64,000 nucleotides of DNA from an uncultured Gammaproteobacteria bacterium (lineage in GTDB: Bacteria > Pseudomonadota > Gammaproteobacteria > Steroidobacterales > UBA11654), in contig CACPJA010000004.1 in NCBI GenBank assembly GCA_902634075.1, positions 613 through 64,612 of the forward strand, in the 5' to 3' direction. Both the position numbers and the translations under genes were made by a program. Of this stretch, positions 16,499 through 25,757 are shown one piece after another. The stretch's first letter is position 1; each line of letters begins with the position of its first letter. The notes beneath the pieces were generated by a model. It did not search any database, was not told where the DNA came from, and saw nothing but the letters and a program-made list of their open reading frames with translations.

Positions 16499-19210
16499 TT
16501 AGAACTTGTAGGTTACTCTCGCACCCACAACTCTAGTTTCACCCATATAGATTGAGTGAGCACCAGCTAGAAGTGGAGTATCAAATCCACCTACAGCAAT
16601 GTTCTCATCTGTAATATTACGTCCATAGATCAATGCAGTCAGGTTACCTGTGGTAATACCTATTCTTGCATTTACCCTGGCGTTACCTTCTTGGAAGTCT
16701 ATTGGATCCAAGTCACCTGTGTATCCATAGTCATCGAAGAAGTTGTAATCAACTCCTGCGAACAGAACCATACCATTAGCTAATGGCTGAGTATAATCTA
16801 TGAGTAATGAACCGTTATAATCCCCTACTCCTAAATCAACACCAGATAAGTCCTGATTACCACCAGCATAAAATCCTGCTGCGTTCCAAACAATCCTACA
16901 CTGTCCAGTTGGGTCAGTTACATTAGGCCCAAATGTGGCAGTTGAGATTGTTTTCGGATCATAGCCGTTAGCTGCACCGGCTGCGCCTCTAAAGAAAGCT
17001 ACTTGATTCTCAGTACAAGCTGCTGTTGTATACTCTTTGTACTTAGCATCTAGATAAGCTGCTGCTAGAGTCATTCTGAGTCTTTCAGTCGCTTGCCAGA
17101 TTAGATCCACTTCAAGTGTAGTAACCTCAGATGATGCGGCGTTTCCAACCACAAATCCTGTACCTTGGAAGGTAGACACTTGCTGATTATCATAATCGGC
17201 GCTAGCTAATGCCCAGTTAAACTGGATATTATCACCAAATGTGTGTTTACCACCAATTTCAATAGACTCTGAAGTCTCATCATCGTATTCAAACGACGGA
17301 TCAGGTTCAGATGGAACTGGTACCTTAGCGCCACCAACATTCATAAACATTGGGTTTTGATCGTCAGCAGCGTTAAATCCTCCACTCTTATACCCTTTAT
17401 TGAAACTTAAATAGAGCATGTGATCATCGCCATATCTTTTTTCAATTTGTATAGAAGGCAACCAGTGCTCTGTGTCTCTTTGTGGTACATCAAGGAAATC
17501 ATGCGCCCAAGTATCGTAAGTTGAACCTAGAATACCTGCAATGAATGGGCTTGGGTTACAAGTCTGAAGACCTGTAGTATCTGCACCCAGACAAGTTCCG
17601 GCAACAATGTGTTTTGATTCTCTTACGTATCGAACACCCATAGTTAATTCAACAGTATCATTGATATCTGTAGTGAATTGCCCAAAGAGTGCTTTAGCGT
17701 CTGTTTCTTGAGTCCAATAACCAATTCGAGTCAAATGATCGAAAGCACTTTGGAACGTACATGGAGGAAACGAAGCTCCTGTAAATTGGTTAAATATGCC
17801 CGCAACTTCACATGTGTTATTACCGTATAAAGGTGCTCCTGGTTGCCATGTTAGTCCTGTGGACGTTGAAATTGGGAAAGGAAACCCGTTAGCCACACCA
17901 TTAGCAATTAAGGTAGCTGGAGGAATAGTAAATAGTGTTCTGTATGGCAACATACCCATATCAGCTAACACGCCAACCAACCCGCCTAGAGTTCCATCAA
18001 GATCGATTAATCGATCGATGTCTTGCATTTGATCGTCCCAATAAGCCCCAACAGTCCATTGCACATCTGCATCAGCTGCTGAGCTTAATCTAATTTCGAC
18101 ACTATCTTGCTCATATTCAGACCAGTCGTCTCTTGAAACCAGTTGGAACGGTCCAAAATCTGCATCAATACCATCAACATAATCATATTTTGCATTACCA
18201 ATAGTAGCTTTCATGTTCATCCCATTAGCCATATCGTAACTAATATTAATTGATGTATCAGAAGTGTTGGTATGAGTACCTGTTGGGTTTAAACCCAGTG
18301 TTTGCATAGCTCCTCTAGTGGCTCCAGTATTAAGATCTTCATACCCGATAAAGCTGCCTACGTTGCTCACAAACCCAGGAAAGAAATTCTGAGCTACTAG
18401 AAAAGCTAGTCCGGCTGTAGGTGTTGGAGGCATTGCCATATCAAAGGTTTTTTGTACAACTGTACTCCCGATCCTAACGTGTTCGCCATCAGTGTGTTTC
18501 ATATCAATTCTTAAATCATCACTTGGTTGCCAAGCAGCGCTGAATCTGAGCATTTGCTCATCAGCAGTTGGTCCGGTAGTGCCTAGGTAGGCATTAGTGA
18601 TGTAGCCGTCATCTTCTCTATCTTTAAAAGAGAGTCTAACTGCAAAATTATCACCTGCTGGAATGTTAAGATGCCCATCAATGATATTAGCACTGTTCTC
18701 ATCTTCAACAGCCAGTGATATTTGTCCACCAAAATCACCACCAATTTCAGGTTTAGCTGAGATAACATTGATCGCACCGGTCAACGTGTTCTTACCGAAC
18801 AGTGTACCTTGTGGTCCACGAAGTACCTCCACCCTTTCAACATCAAAGAGTCCTGTTCTGAACTGACGCCCCTTAGCTAAATGGACACCATCCACAAACA
18901 GACCTACTGATTGTTCAAAAGATTGGTTGGCACCTACGCCAACACCTCTCATGGTTGCTATCGTTGAAATAGCATTCTCAGAGACACTGAAGTTAGGTAT
19001 ATATTGGCCAATATCTTTAAGATCGTGTAATCCTGCTTCCTGGATCTTATCACCGCTTATAACGCTAACAGAAACCGAGACGTCTTGGAGACTCTCTTCT
19101 TTCTTTGTAGCTGTAACGATGATTTCTTCCAATTCAGCAGCGTGAATATTTGTTATCGCAAACATAACAGAAGCTGTTACTGCGATAGCCGAGCTTATTA
19201 GTCGCTTCAT
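16499..19210 (-). CDS. TonB-dependent receptor
   Basis: 903 aa. Signal peptide ending NIHA, TonB box/plug region EEIIVTATKKEESLQDVSVSVSVISGD, and a C-terminal beta-barrel ending in RVTYKF. Confidence 0.9.
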   Translation of the reverse strand: MKRLISSAIAVTASVMFAITNIHAAELEEIIVTATKKEESLQDVSVSVSVISGDKIQEAGLHDLKDIGQYIPNFSVSENAISTIATMRGVGVGANQSFEQSVGLFVDGVHLAKGRQFRTGLFDVERVEVLRGPQGTLFGKNTLTGAINVISAKPEIGGDFGGQISLAVEDENSANIIDGHLNIPAGDNFAVRLSFKDREDDGYITNAYLGTTGPTADEQMLRFSAAWQPSDDLRIDMKHTDGEHVRIGSTVVQKTFDMAMPPTPTAGLAFLVAQNFFPGFVSNVGSFIGYEDLNTGATRGAMQTLGLNPTGTHTNTSDTSINISYDMANGMNMKATIGNAKYDYVDGIDADFGPFQLVSRDDWSEYEQDSVEIRLSSAADADVQWTVGAYWDDQMQDIDRLIDLDGTLGGLVGVLADMGMLPYRTLFTIPPATLIANGVANGFPFPISTSTGLTWQPGAPLYGNNTCEVAGIFNQFTGASFPPCTFQSAFDHLTRIGYWTQETDAKALFGQFTTDINDTVELTMGVRYVRESKHIVAGTCLGADTTGLQTCNPSPFIAGILGSTYDTWAHDFLDVPQRDTEHWLPSIQIEKRYGDDHMLYLSFNKGYKSGGFNAADDQNPMFMNVGGAKVPVPSEPDPSFEYDDETSESIEIGGKHTFGDNIQFNWALASADYDNQQVSTFQGTGFVVGNAASSEVTTLEVDLIWQATERLRMTLAAAYLDAKYKEYTTAACTENQVAFFRGAAGAANGYDPKTISTATFGPNVTDPTGQCRIVWNAAGFYAGGNQDLSGVDLGVGDYNGSLLIDYTQPLANGMVLFAGVDYNFFDDYGYTGDLDPIDFQEGNARVNARIGITTGNLTALIYGRNITDENIAVGGFDTPLLAGAHSIYMGETRVVGARVTYKF

Positions 19211-19441
19211 AAGGTAATTCCCCCTAAAATTTTTCGAAGAACGAGTAATTTATATAAATCAATCTACAATTTTGCCTATATTTTCTAAGATAGCAAAGAT
19301 TAAGTGCTCTTTTTTCCCCTATATTGGTGTTGTTTTTTAGCTAAATGCCTTTATCTATAGGTGTTTTGAGTAAATTAATGGAGTTAATATAGAAATGCTC
19401 TGTTTTATGAAAAATCTTAAAATTTCTTATAAAATAAGGCC

Positions 19442-19843
19442 ATGATTCAATACAGAATATTTTTCATAATTTACTTTATACTCTGCCCTTTTGAAGTATA
19501 TGCCAATAATCACACGCAGAATCTTAGTTGTTTTCACATGGATAATGGAAACAGGGTCGATAATTACTGGATAATCGATTCCTCTAAAAAAATTGTTTCT
19601 TACTGGAACGAAACCGACAATGCGATTGACGATTATAAAGTCACAAAAATGGATAATAAAACTGTGGCATGGAACCAAATGAAAACTGAACTAACTGTTT
19701 TTGTATTAGATAAATACACAATGAGGCAAAGTGGCACCATAATATCCTCGACAATGGAGGGTAAATCAGAAATTAAACAAAGATGGTTTGCGGATTGTGT
19801 TTTTTTAAACAATGAAGAATTTAGAGATAAGACTGGAAATTAG
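19442..19843 (+). CDS. Hypothetical small secreted protein (paralogue 1)
   Basis: 133 aa. Signal peptide MIQYRIFFIIYFILCPFEVYA. One Cys lies just after the predicted cleavage site and one near the C-terminus. Shares an ID(5)ISYxNxT-type block with the next ORF. Confidence 0.5.
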   Translation: MIQYRIFFIIYFILCPFEVYANNHTQNLSCFHMDNGNRVDNYWIIDSSKKIVSYWNETDNAIDDYKVTKMDNKTVAWNQMKTELTVFVLDKYTMRQSGTIISSTMEGKSEIKQRWFADCVFLNNEEFRDKTGN

Positions 19844-20248
19844 ATGAAATATTTAAGGTTCTCTATAACCGTATTATTCTTGGTCTCATTACAAACACAG
19901 TCAGCCACTTGTGTTCCCTTTGCATCAACCGGTTTTATTTCAGAAGATAAAGATTACAAGTTCAATATTGATAGTTGGGAGCATAAAGACTTCGAGAAGA
20001 TTCCTTTCTTTCTTGATATCGATGAAGAAAATCAAACAATCAGCTACCTGAATCAAACTTACAACTGTGAATTAGAGATAGATGTCACATCATCAGAGAA
20101 TTTTCACTGTCGAAATAGTTCCGGTACCTCAGCATTTATTCTTAATTTATCGAACAGTAACTACACGAGATATGTTGATTTATTTTCACCAACGAGTGAT
20201 TTTGAGACCTCTGTTGTTCAAATTGAGATTGGGAACTGTAAAAACTAG
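19844..20248 (+). CDS. Hypothetical small secreted protein (paralogue 2)
   Basis: 134 aa. Signal peptide MKYLRFSITVLFLVSLQTQSA. Four Cys, including an N-proximal and C-terminal pair. Its ATG directly follows the TAG stop of the previous ORF. Confidence 0.5.
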   Translation: MKYLRFSITVLFLVSLQTQSATCVPFASTGFISEDKDYKFNIDSWEHKDFEKIPFFLDIDEENQTISYLNQTYNCELEIDVTSSENFHCRNSSGTSAFILNLSNSNYTRYVDLFSPTSDFETSVVQIEIGNCKN

Positions 20249-20251
20249 ATA

Positions 20252-21340
20252 TCAGAAACCTTGAGAATCAGCAGCCTCTTCTCTTACGGTATCCACACCA
20301 CCTAATAATTGGCGATTTAAGCCAATTCGCTTAAACCAATAATGAAGTCCTAATTCATCTGTAAAACCCATACCTCCGTGGACTTCTGTTGAGGTCTTGG
20401 CTATGTAGGATGCTACATCGGATACATGTGCCTTTGAATGCGATGCCATTAGATTAGATTCTTCAGGAATATGATCCATAGAATGAGCGGAATACCATAT
20501 CAATGAATAACAAGGTTCGAGATCAGCTGCCATCTGTGCACACATATGCTTGACTGCCTGAAAACTACCTATCGCTCTGCCGAATTGCTTTCGTTGCATT
20601 GAGTACTCAACCGCTTTATCAATCATTACTTGGGCGGCTCCAAGTGAATCAGCAGCAATCATTAGCCGCCCCAGATCCACTAACCTTTGAGTGTTGCTAG
20701 AGTTATTTTCTGGAGAATCTAATTGTTCCGCATTGACATTGTTCATTTTCAATTCAACCACCGAGGTTGTCTTATCAACGGTCGTTAAATTAATTATTTC
20801 TAGCCCTGGATCATTGGAATCAATTATTGAAAGGATGCCTGATGAGTCGCTAATAAGATAATGAGTAGCATTAGCAGCATCGATTACAAAAAGTGCTCTG
20901 CCATTGATTTTCCCGTTTTCAAAAATAATCTCAGCGTTGTCTCTGGAAGCTATGTATTCTGTTAGTCCAACCCCAAACCTCATTTTGGCCTCAGAAATAC
21001 CCAATAAATATTTTTCTTTTTGTTCATCATTGCCTGTCTGAAGGATAGCGAATGGAGCCAAGACATAAGACCCAATAAATGGACTTGGAGCCACACCGGC
21101 ACCAAGACTTTGAGAAACGGCAGTAGCAAATAATATATCTAAACCAAGCCCACCGTATTGCTCTGGAATTATTAAATTGTTAATACCAAGTTCCAAGAGA
21201 CCTTTATGTATGGTCTCAGGAAAATCTGAAAGATCACCTTTGTTAAAAAGCTTAATTTTCTCGATTGTTGCTTCGTCGTCAAGAAACTTACGGATAATCT
21301 CTTGAAAAGATTGCTGTTCTTCAGATAAACCAAAATACAT
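20252..21340 (-). CDS. Acyl-CoA dehydrogenase family protein (short, possible beta-type partner subunit)
   Basis: 362 aa. ACAD C-terminal domain (RKQFGRAIGSFQAVKH, VHGGMGFTDE). Lies 1 nt downstream of another ACAD gene. Confidence 0.8.
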   Translation of the reverse strand: MYFGLSEEQQSFQEIIRKFLDDEATIEKIKLFNKGDLSDFPETIHKGLLELGINNLIIPEQYGGLGLDILFATAVSQSLGAGVAPSPFIGSYVLAPFAILQTGNDEQKEKYLLGISEAKMRFGVGLTEYIASRDNAEIIFENGKINGRALFVIDAANATHYLISDSSGILSIIDSNDPGLEIINLTTVDKTTSVVELKMNNVNAEQLDSPENNSSNTQRLVDLGRLMIAADSLGAAQVMIDKAVEYSMQRKQFGRAIGSFQAVKHMCAQMAADLEPCYSLIWYSAHSMDHIPEESNLMASHSKAHVSDVASYIAKTSTEVHGGMGFTDELGLHYWFKRIGLNRQLLGGVDTVREEAADSQGF

Positions 21341-21341
21341 C

Positions 21342-22583
21342 TTATGATTCCTTTACCTTTGGCTCTCTGGGCATTCCTAGGCCTCTTTCAGAGATAATAT
21401 TTTTTTGAATTTGGCTTGTGCCTCCTCCAATAATAAGACCAAGATAATACATGTAGGCGTATTGCCAGCCTCCTCCGTTCCTGAGATGAGGACTCTCTTG
21501 ATAGAGAGTTCCTAGTTCGCCCATGACATCAATAGCTAACGACTCCAACTCGTATCTCATCTCTGTACCGTAAAGTTTCACGATCATAGTTGCTAATGCT
21601 ACCTCTTGACCTTTGTTTAATCTTGCTGATAAAAGTCTCAGTCCATGAGCTTTAAGTGATAAGACCTTGCCTTGGATTTTCATTAATCGATCTCTATAGA
21701 CAGGTTTATCGATAACCCTTTGTCCATCGATAGTCTCTGTCTTCATTAGTTCAACAAGCTTATTAAATCTAGAAACCATTTTAGCCGGATCACCCAAGGA
21801 TCCTCGCTCATGGACTAGAGTTTTATTTGCCACCAACCACCCCTGACCTCGTTTACCAACTATATTGGTAGCAGGGATTCGGACATCAGTGAAAAAGACC
21901 TCATTAAAACCGGCATCCAAAGTCATATCAACTAAGGGTCTAATTTCGATACCGGGAGTGTCCATAGGGATTAAAAGATAGCTAATGCCCTTATGTTTTG
22001 GTTCATCGGGTTCTGTTCGAACTAAGCAAAACATCATTTGTGCGTATTTTGCTGTGCTCGTCCATATCTTTTGACCATTGATCACCCATTCATCGCCATC
22101 AAGGACCCCTTTAGTTTGCAAGCTGGCAAGATCGCTACCTGCATTAGGTTCTGAGTAACCTTGACACCAAATCTCATCCAAATGAAGTGCTGGCTGAATA
22201 TATCGCTGCTTTTGTTCATCTGTGCCCATCTCTAGGAGCGTTGGCACCAAAAAATCTATGCCTTGACCGCCCGTACCCTCTGGAATTTTAGCTTTTGAGA
22301 ATTCTTCATTAATGATGCTATTCTTAACAATATCCAACTCTCCTCCATAACCTCCGAATTCTTTAGGTATGTGACGAGCGAAGTATCCGTTCTCAATGAG
22401 AATCTTTTGCCAGTCTTGAACCGACATCTTTAATTCACCATCGTTACTATTGTTGCTAGCTTCTAAGTATTGATACAAACTTCCTGTGACCTGAACACCT
22501 CTGTAACGATCGCAAAAGATCCTAACTTCATTTCTGAAACTATCGTACTCAGTTCCAAAATCAAGATTCATCGTCGTCTCCAA
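21342..22583 (-). CDS. Acyl-CoA dehydrogenase family protein
   Basis: 413 aa. YSEPNAGSDLASL, DGDEWVINGQKIWTS, GGGTSQIQKNIISERGLGMP. Gly occupies the MCAD-type YEGT catalytic Glu position. The start may be ATG at 22571. Confidence 0.85.
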   Translation of the reverse strand: METTMNLDFGTEYDSFRNEVRIFCDRYRGVQVTGSLYQYLEASNNSNDGELKMSVQDWQKILIENGYFARHIPKEFGGYGGELDIVKNSIINEEFSKAKIPEGTGGQGIDFLVPTLLEMGTDEQKQRYIQPALHLDEIWCQGYSEPNAGSDLASLQTKGVLDGDEWVINGQKIWTSTAKYAQMMFCLVRTEPDEPKHKGISYLLIPMDTPGIEIRPLVDMTLDAGFNEVFFTDVRIPATNIVGKRGQGWLVANKTLVHERGSLGDPAKMVSRFNKLVELMKTETIDGQRVIDKPVYRDRLMKIQGKVLSLKAHGLRLLSARLNKGQEVALATMIVKLYGTEMRYELESLAIDVMGELGTLYQESPHLRNGGGWQYAYMYYLGLIIGGGTSQIQKNIISERGLGMPREPKVKES

Positions 22584-23388
22584 CCCAATCGGGCTCTCTT
22601 TTTTCTAAAAACGCTGTAATACCTTCCTTAGCATCATCGGACTCCAAACACTCCTTCAACTGCTGTCTAAGATAAGGTAGAGCCTCATCGAAAGCCATGC
22701 TGTCTTGCTCGTTGTATGCTTTCAATCCCATCTGCATTGTATTAGGCGGAAGTTTGGAGAATGCCTTAGCTAATTTTTTAACTACGTTATCGAGATCATC
22801 TAATGGCGTAGCCTCGTTGATAAGACCATATTGTTCTGCAGTCTGGGCATCTATTGATTCACCTCGCATTATAAAATCCAGCCCTTGTCGTTTTGGCATT
22901 ACTCTGAATAAACCACCCATAACCATAAATGGCCAAATACCTCTCTTAATCTCAGGAGCTGCAAAGATAGCATGATCAGCTGCAATCGCGTGTGTTGAAT
23001 TTGTTATCATCATTAAAGCCCCAGCAAAAACATTACCTTGGATTTTACAAATGGTTGGTTTATTTAAATTTCTGATCAACAAACTAATATCCTCAACATC
23101 TCCTAACTTTGGAACACTGGATTCATTATCAACAGTCCCTCCTGACATGCCTTTTAAATCACCACCAGCACAAAATGTATCGCCGTTTGCTTGGATAACG
23201 ACAACACGGACAACCTCTTTTTCTGAGGCATACTTTAAGGCGTATATTATTTCGTTGGACATGGCATCATTGATGGCATTCTTTTTCTCAGGACGATTAA
23301 GAGTAATGGTCAGTATGTGTTTCTTAATCTCAATTTGAGTGGCATCAAGTTTATAGTCTTGAGGGTCCTTCAACTTTGTATTTGTCAT
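22561..23388 (-). CDS. Enoyl-CoA hydratase/isomerase family protein (AtuE/LiuC-like position)
   Basis: Crotonase fold motifs GDTFCAGGDLK and KIQGNVFAGAL. Confidence 0.85.
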   Translation of the reverse strand: MTNTKLKDPQDYKLDATQIEIKKHILTITLNRPEKKNAINDAMSNEIIYALKYASEKEVVRVVVIQANGDTFCAGGDLKGMSGGTVDNESSVPKLGDVEDISLLIRNLNKPTICKIQGNVFAGALMMITNSTHAIAADHAIFAAPEIKRGIWPFMVMGGLFRVMPKRQGLDFIMRGESIDAQTAEQYGLINEATPLDDLDNVVKKLAKAFSKLPPNTMQMGLKAYNEQDSMAFDEALPYLRQQLKECLESDDAKEGITAFLEKREPDWVGDDDES

Positions 23389-23391
23389 CTC

Positions 23392-25161
23392 CTAGTCCTC
23401 GATAAGTTGTTTTGGAATACTTACTTTTTTAGCTCTAAGGTATTCACCGAGTGATTTTGCTAACGCATCAACTTTGGTATTAGATGAAGCGCCATCACCT
23501 AAAATTCCATGAATATAAAAATTAACAGCCCTAACGTTTGGAAAGTCATAACGCTCAATGTCATATTGTTCTAGATCCTTAAGCAATTCCTTGAGTTTAT
23601 CAACAGTTAAATAATGAAATAAAAATGAATAAGCATCGTCAGTTTTAACCCAAACGCCTAAATTTGCACAGCCTCCCTTATCCCCCGATCGAGCACCAAC
23701 TAATCTGCCAAAGAAGATCTCTTGTTTCTCATCACTCTCATAAGGGAGAATCTCAGGTTTATCAAAAGTGAATTTATGAGGCGAAAGGTTCATTTGGTTG
23801 GTTGGGGTTATTTCAATACTTTTATTATCAATATTCACGATTTCTTTAACAAACTTAGAATCAATCGTTGTTGGCCAGTAAAGAATAAAAGGTGTTCCAG
23901 AACCTATCGAATCCTTAGAAAACCAGCCGGGATAATTTGCCAGAGCAAGTTCAACAACTTTGGCAGTAAAAATACGTCCTACAACTTGAGCATCCTTCGA
24001 TTTAACCGTTACCCTTAACAGAGCCATTGACTCTTCATGAGAAAGAGGATCTTCTTTATCCTGACGATGCAATTGTATATCCACCTCATCAAATTGATCC
24101 TTACCTCCTAGAAGATCAAATAAGGCTTCAGTAAAAATTTCAGCTTTCTCTTCAATATCCAAGCCTGTAAGAATTAATTCCATGCCATTTCTAAAGCCGC
24201 CTGATAGGTTGACACAAACCTTATGAGTTTTAGGTGGTTCCGATCCTTTGCAACCGCTTATCGAAACCCTATTATCTCCAACTTGCTCCATTTTTAAGGT
24301 GTTGAAATGCGCAGTTACATCTGGGTTTAAGTATTCAGTTGATCCGATCTCGTATAAAAGTTGCGCTGTTACAGTACCCACTGAAACCAAGCCGCCTGTA
24401 CCTTCATGTTTCGTAATAACAGACGAACCGTCATCATGGATCTCTGCGATCGGATAACCAATATTTTTAAAGCTTTCTACTTCTTGAAAGAATGCATAGT
24501 TACCTCCTGTTGCCTGAGCGCCACATTCAATAATATGGCCAGCTGCTAAGGCACCGGCTAACTGATCGTAGTCGTCCCTTTGCCAGTTGAATTTCCATGC
24601 CGCCGGTCCGATCACAACAGAAGCATCGGTTACACGTGGACAAATCACAATATCTGCACCTTGATCCAAAGCCTCTTTAATACCCCAGGCGCCTAAGTAA
24701 GTGTTGGCAGTTAAAACTTTATGGCCTGAATCTTTTAATGGGATCTGCCGATCTATATTGATAAATTCTTGGCCCTGTTCCTGAAGATCCTCAAGGTCAT
24801 TAACTATATTATCACCTTCGATATATGCAACGTTGCTGGCAATATTCATTTCATTGAGAATATTTTGCACCTCTTGACTCATTGACTCTGGATTTAAGCC
24901 GCCAGCATTAACTACTATCTTTATTTTTTTATCGTGGCATGTCTTGGCAATTTCTCTTAATTGTTTAAGGAATGTTGCGACGTAACCTTTATCCTGTCCT
25001 CTTTGAAGCATTTGCCCATAGAGAATGCCCATGGTTAACTCGGCGAGATAATCCCCAGTTAAAACATCTATTGGGCCTCCTTCCGCTAACTCTTTTGCTG
25101 CCGATAACTTATCGCCATAATAACCACTGCAATTCGCAATTCTAATTAGACTCTTGCTCAT
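23392..25161 (-). CDS. Acyclic terpene utilisation AtuA-family protein (DUF1446 with C-terminal extension)
   Basis: 589 aa. N-terminus IRIANCSGYYGDKLSAAKELAEGGPIDVLTGDYLAELTM is typical of AtuA/DUF1446. The C-terminal ~110 aa contain ARSGDKGGCANLGVW. Confidence 0.75.
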   Translation of the reverse strand: MSKSLIRIANCSGYYGDKLSAAKELAEGGPIDVLTGDYLAELTMGILYGQMLQRGQDKGYVATFLKQLREIAKTCHDKKIKIVVNAGGLNPESMSQEVQNILNEMNIASNVAYIEGDNIVNDLEDLQEQGQEFINIDRQIPLKDSGHKVLTANTYLGAWGIKEALDQGADIVICPRVTDASVVIGPAAWKFNWQRDDYDQLAGALAAGHIIECGAQATGGNYAFFQEVESFKNIGYPIAEIHDDGSSVITKHEGTGGLVSVGTVTAQLLYEIGSTEYLNPDVTAHFNTLKMEQVGDNRVSISGCKGSEPPKTHKVCVNLSGGFRNGMELILTGLDIEEKAEIFTEALFDLLGGKDQFDEVDIQLHRQDKEDPLSHEESMALLRVTVKSKDAQVVGRIFTAKVVELALANYPGWFSKDSIGSGTPFILYWPTTIDSKFVKEIVNIDNKSIEITPTNQMNLSPHKFTFDKPEILPYESDEKQEIFFGRLVGARSGDKGGCANLGVWVKTDDAYSFLFHYLTVDKLKELLKDLEQYDIERYDFPNVRAVNFYIHGILGDGASSNTKVDALAKSLGEYLRAKKVSIPKQLIED

Positions 25162-25757
25162 TGTTTCTCCTTGGATAACCCTCTAATAATTAGATCAGTT
25201 ATCATGTTCGCTGAAACTTCAGGGGATTGATTTAACTGCATAACAATCTCGGGTTTAGAATACTCTTGGGCAATCCCACCTAAAATCATTGCCACTGCTT
25301 GAGTGTCAATCAATTCGATTTCATTTGCTTTAATGGCTTCTTGAAGTAATTTATTAATTTGCCGAATGTAGGCGTTTTGGTGAAAGTCAATCATCTGCTG
25401 TGCCCCTTTTATTTTTCTAAGATCCACTTCAAATTTCTTGGTCTTGGGGCCAACCGCCTCATTACCTATCTCTGTAAAGAGTCTGAGTTTACTAAGCGGT
25501 GATGAAACGTCCTTTATTGCAGAAAAGGCTTGTTTAGCGGTGTTGGTCAAGATTCGATCGATTGTTGAGATAATAAGCTTTTCCTTGCTTGGTGCAATTT
25601 CATACAAAGTTCTAAGAGAAACTTTAAGAGTCGAGGCAATATCTGACATAGTCTGATTAGCAATACCAGATTCCAGTAGCCTTTCAAAATTTTCCATAAC
25701 CTCAATATGCTTCTCGGTTAACTCAACTTGTTTAGCTTTTGATATGGTCTGTCTCAT
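25158..25757 (-). CDS. TetR/AcrR family transcriptional regulator
   Basis: 199 aa. N-terminal HTH MSDIASTLKVSLRTLYEIAPSKEKLI. Its start codon overlaps the stop of the upstream carboxylase gene (TAATG), and its stop overlaps the AtuA start. Confidence 0.85.
   Translation of the reverse strand: MRQTISKAKQVELTEKHIEVMENFERLLESGIANQTMSDIASTLKVSLRTLYEIAPSKEKLIISTIDRILTNTAKQAFSAIKDVSSPLSKLRLFTEIGNEAVGPKTKKFEVDLRKIKGAQQMIDFHQNAYIRQINKLLQEAIKANEIELIDTQAVAMILGGIAQEYSKPEIVMQLNQSPEVSANMITDLIIRGLSKEKQ

Noticed and set aside
19328-19378. Imperfect direct repeat CTATA(TT)GGTGTT..TTT in the receptor / small-protein intergenic region.
   Set aside because: Only about 11 matching positions, with an indel, in low-complexity AT-rich DNA. 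It cannot be distinguished from chance without comparative data.
19211-19441. Possible riboswitch or Fur box in the 231-nt leader of the TonB-dependent receptor.
   Set aside because: I could not find the cobalamin B12-box, TPP or other riboswitch core sequences, nor a GATAATGATAATCATTATC-like Fur box, on either strand.
19395-19445. A 16-codon upstream ORF (MLCFMKNLKISYKIRP) whose TGA overlaps the ATG of the first small secreted protein (ATGA), suggesting a leader peptide.
   Set aside because: It is very short, has no recognisable SD, lies in AT-rich sequence where such ORFs arise by chance, and has no attenuator-like structure.
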